A stretch of DNA of 64,000 nucleotides from Nymphaea colorata (lineage: Eukaryota): positions 31,310,001-31,374,000 of the forward strand of contig NC_045138.2 in assembly GCF_008831285.2 (NCBI RefSeq), written 5' to 3'. The translations under genes and the position numbers were made by a program. Within the stretch, counting starts at the first letter, position 1, and each line of letters starts with the position of its first letter. The notes beneath the pieces are model-generated. The model was given only the letters and a program-made list of their open reading frames with translations, had not been told where the DNA came from and ran no database searches. Shown one piece after another: positions 62,205 through 64,000 of the stretch.

Positions 62205-64000
62205 TAGGCAACAGTTTTTCACGGGGATGTTGATCATCTGGTGACACTGTGACAGCTGCTATTTTAAATTCTTTATGTATCTTGGAGAACCATGCTGTAG
62301 CTTTGCTTGCCAGCTTAGATTCTGCTTCCACTGGTTTAAGGGAAGAGTGCAGCTACAAAGCAAAGTAAGAACTGGAGGTTATCCAGCATTTTTGTGACAG
62401 GTATTTGGCCTTATTAATTTGCAGATGGACATAGATTTTACCATCCAATTGTGCTCATTCAAGCTCTCCTCCCCTTTGTTGTGTCCAGTTTCAAAGGTTT
62501 CCTCAATGATCTGACATGAACAGATGATATGAATAGAAATTCCATTCTTTGATGTTCCTTTTTTATTTTTAATTTTATTGGAGGCAAGGATTTTTCATAT
62601 GAAAGAAAGGAAAAAAAGAAAAGGAATCTGGACAGTTACCAAAAAGAGTAAGAAACTGAATGGTAGAAACTTCTGGAAAAAAAATAGACTTGTGTGATGG
62701 GCCATTAGATGTCATGAAGTGAACCTTGGCACCAGATGTATCCTTTAAATGTACACTGGATGTATCCTTTAAATGTCAAAGGGTTTTGCTAGATAGAGTT
62801 TAAAATTAAATTTAGTAAAAATCCTTTTTTATTGCCAAAACTTGGTGTAGCTTGTGTAGGTTACATGCTTGGAAGGCCAAAAGTTGCAACACCTTTTCTG
62901 TGTTGTGGTAAGGTATCTCACATTTCTGACAAGTCAGTCTTATTAGAAAAGGTTGATACGTTTAGTCATTTGTTCGATACAAGAACTCGGAATGTGTGTG
63001 ATGTGCATCTTGACATGGAGAGAAGTCAGAATCGTAGTCCATCTGCTGTAGTCTAAGGTCAATCTACTGATCTTGTGGCATTTATCCTGTTTATCATGGT
63101 CTTGCCTAATATTATCTTCTATGAGTAATAATTTCACGTATGTGGTTTGGCATTCATCTTCTAGTTGTTAGTCAGTTGTGTTTTGTTTGTCAACGATTGA
63201 TGATGCTAAAATTATGTGTTCAGTTTTTAATATTTGAATCCAGGTTTGTTCTATCCTGTTATGTAATCTTATGAAGGTGTAATTTTGTGTTTTATTTTTT
63301 ATTTTGCTGACTTTTTCGTGAATGAAGAGTTAACAAATGGTAATTGTCTGAGAGAATCATTCTGCAAATTTCACTTATAAATTTTCACTATGCAAAGAAC
63401 ATGACCAGCTTCAAAATTTCAAACTCTTTTCTGATTCTGCTCTAAGTTATGCAAGAGCACAAACCCGTGTGTGTGTGTATCGTCCTGGAGTCTGAAAGTA
63501 GGCCTAGTTTCTTCTTACCCAAGGACCGGTTGAGAAGTGTTGTGGTGAACTAAATGTGGATGAGTATCACAATTTGGGGTTTGGGTTGATGCATTTTCTC
63601 CATATTGATTGGACTTATATCCAAAGGTGTTGGCAGACAATGAACATCTGAAAATATTGTGATGGAGGTCATGATGCTTCATCATTTCAATCAAAACATG
63701 ATATCTTTAGCATGGTTTATTTTCTGAGAATTGGACCTTGATTATTTTACATAATGTGAAAAACATGTTTTTTCTTAATCATGAGTTTTGATGAGCTATG
63801 TACTCTTTGACTTCAAACGTTTTTTGAAATGCATGCTTGTCTTTCACATGTATATGGTCCACAATCAATATGATGCCTACTCTACAAAAATTCGTGATCA
63901 AAACATGGAAATCATTGGTGTTTTTTTGCTGGGCATTTTTATGCCTTCGTTAGTTATAAGTTATAACTTGAATGGCACAAAGATCCCAGGGGCCAACTAG

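Overview
Flowering-plant nuclear DNA: AT-rich, with spliceosomal introns, (TA)n/(CT)n microsatellites and many MITE relics. The species cannot be assigned from the sequence alone. I built nine protein-coding gene models by hand from the ORFs plus splice signals: (1) the 3' part of a transmembrane RING-H2 E3 ligase (+, 1926-3462); (2-5) four paralogous GPI-anchored type-G nsLTP genes (6880-8002 -, 28832-29449 -, 32433-33221 -, 33871-34516 +); (6) a giant PICC-like coiled-coil gene (-, 9752-18338, about 1938 aa, with a 5454-nt exon); (7) an FLZ/DUF581 zinc-finger gene (+, 43996-46219); (8) MFP1 (+, 48538-52782); (9) SYS1 (+, 56925-62204). The most unusual signals are: a heptad-quantised higher-order repeat (154+154+119 aa, period 1281 nt) in the PICC-like protein, which also appears to have lost its C-terminal membrane anchor; GT/GC splice-donor switching among the LTPG paralogs, including an in-frame stop-free 87-nt GC-AG intron; a head-to-head LTPG pair; TGATG-coupled uORFs, one a candidate conserved-peptide uORF, in the FLZ leader; apparently duplicated micro-exons in the MFP1 lumenal domain; and a tRNA-derived SINE. 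Family assignments come from recalled motifs, not database searches, and all exon joins are predictions.
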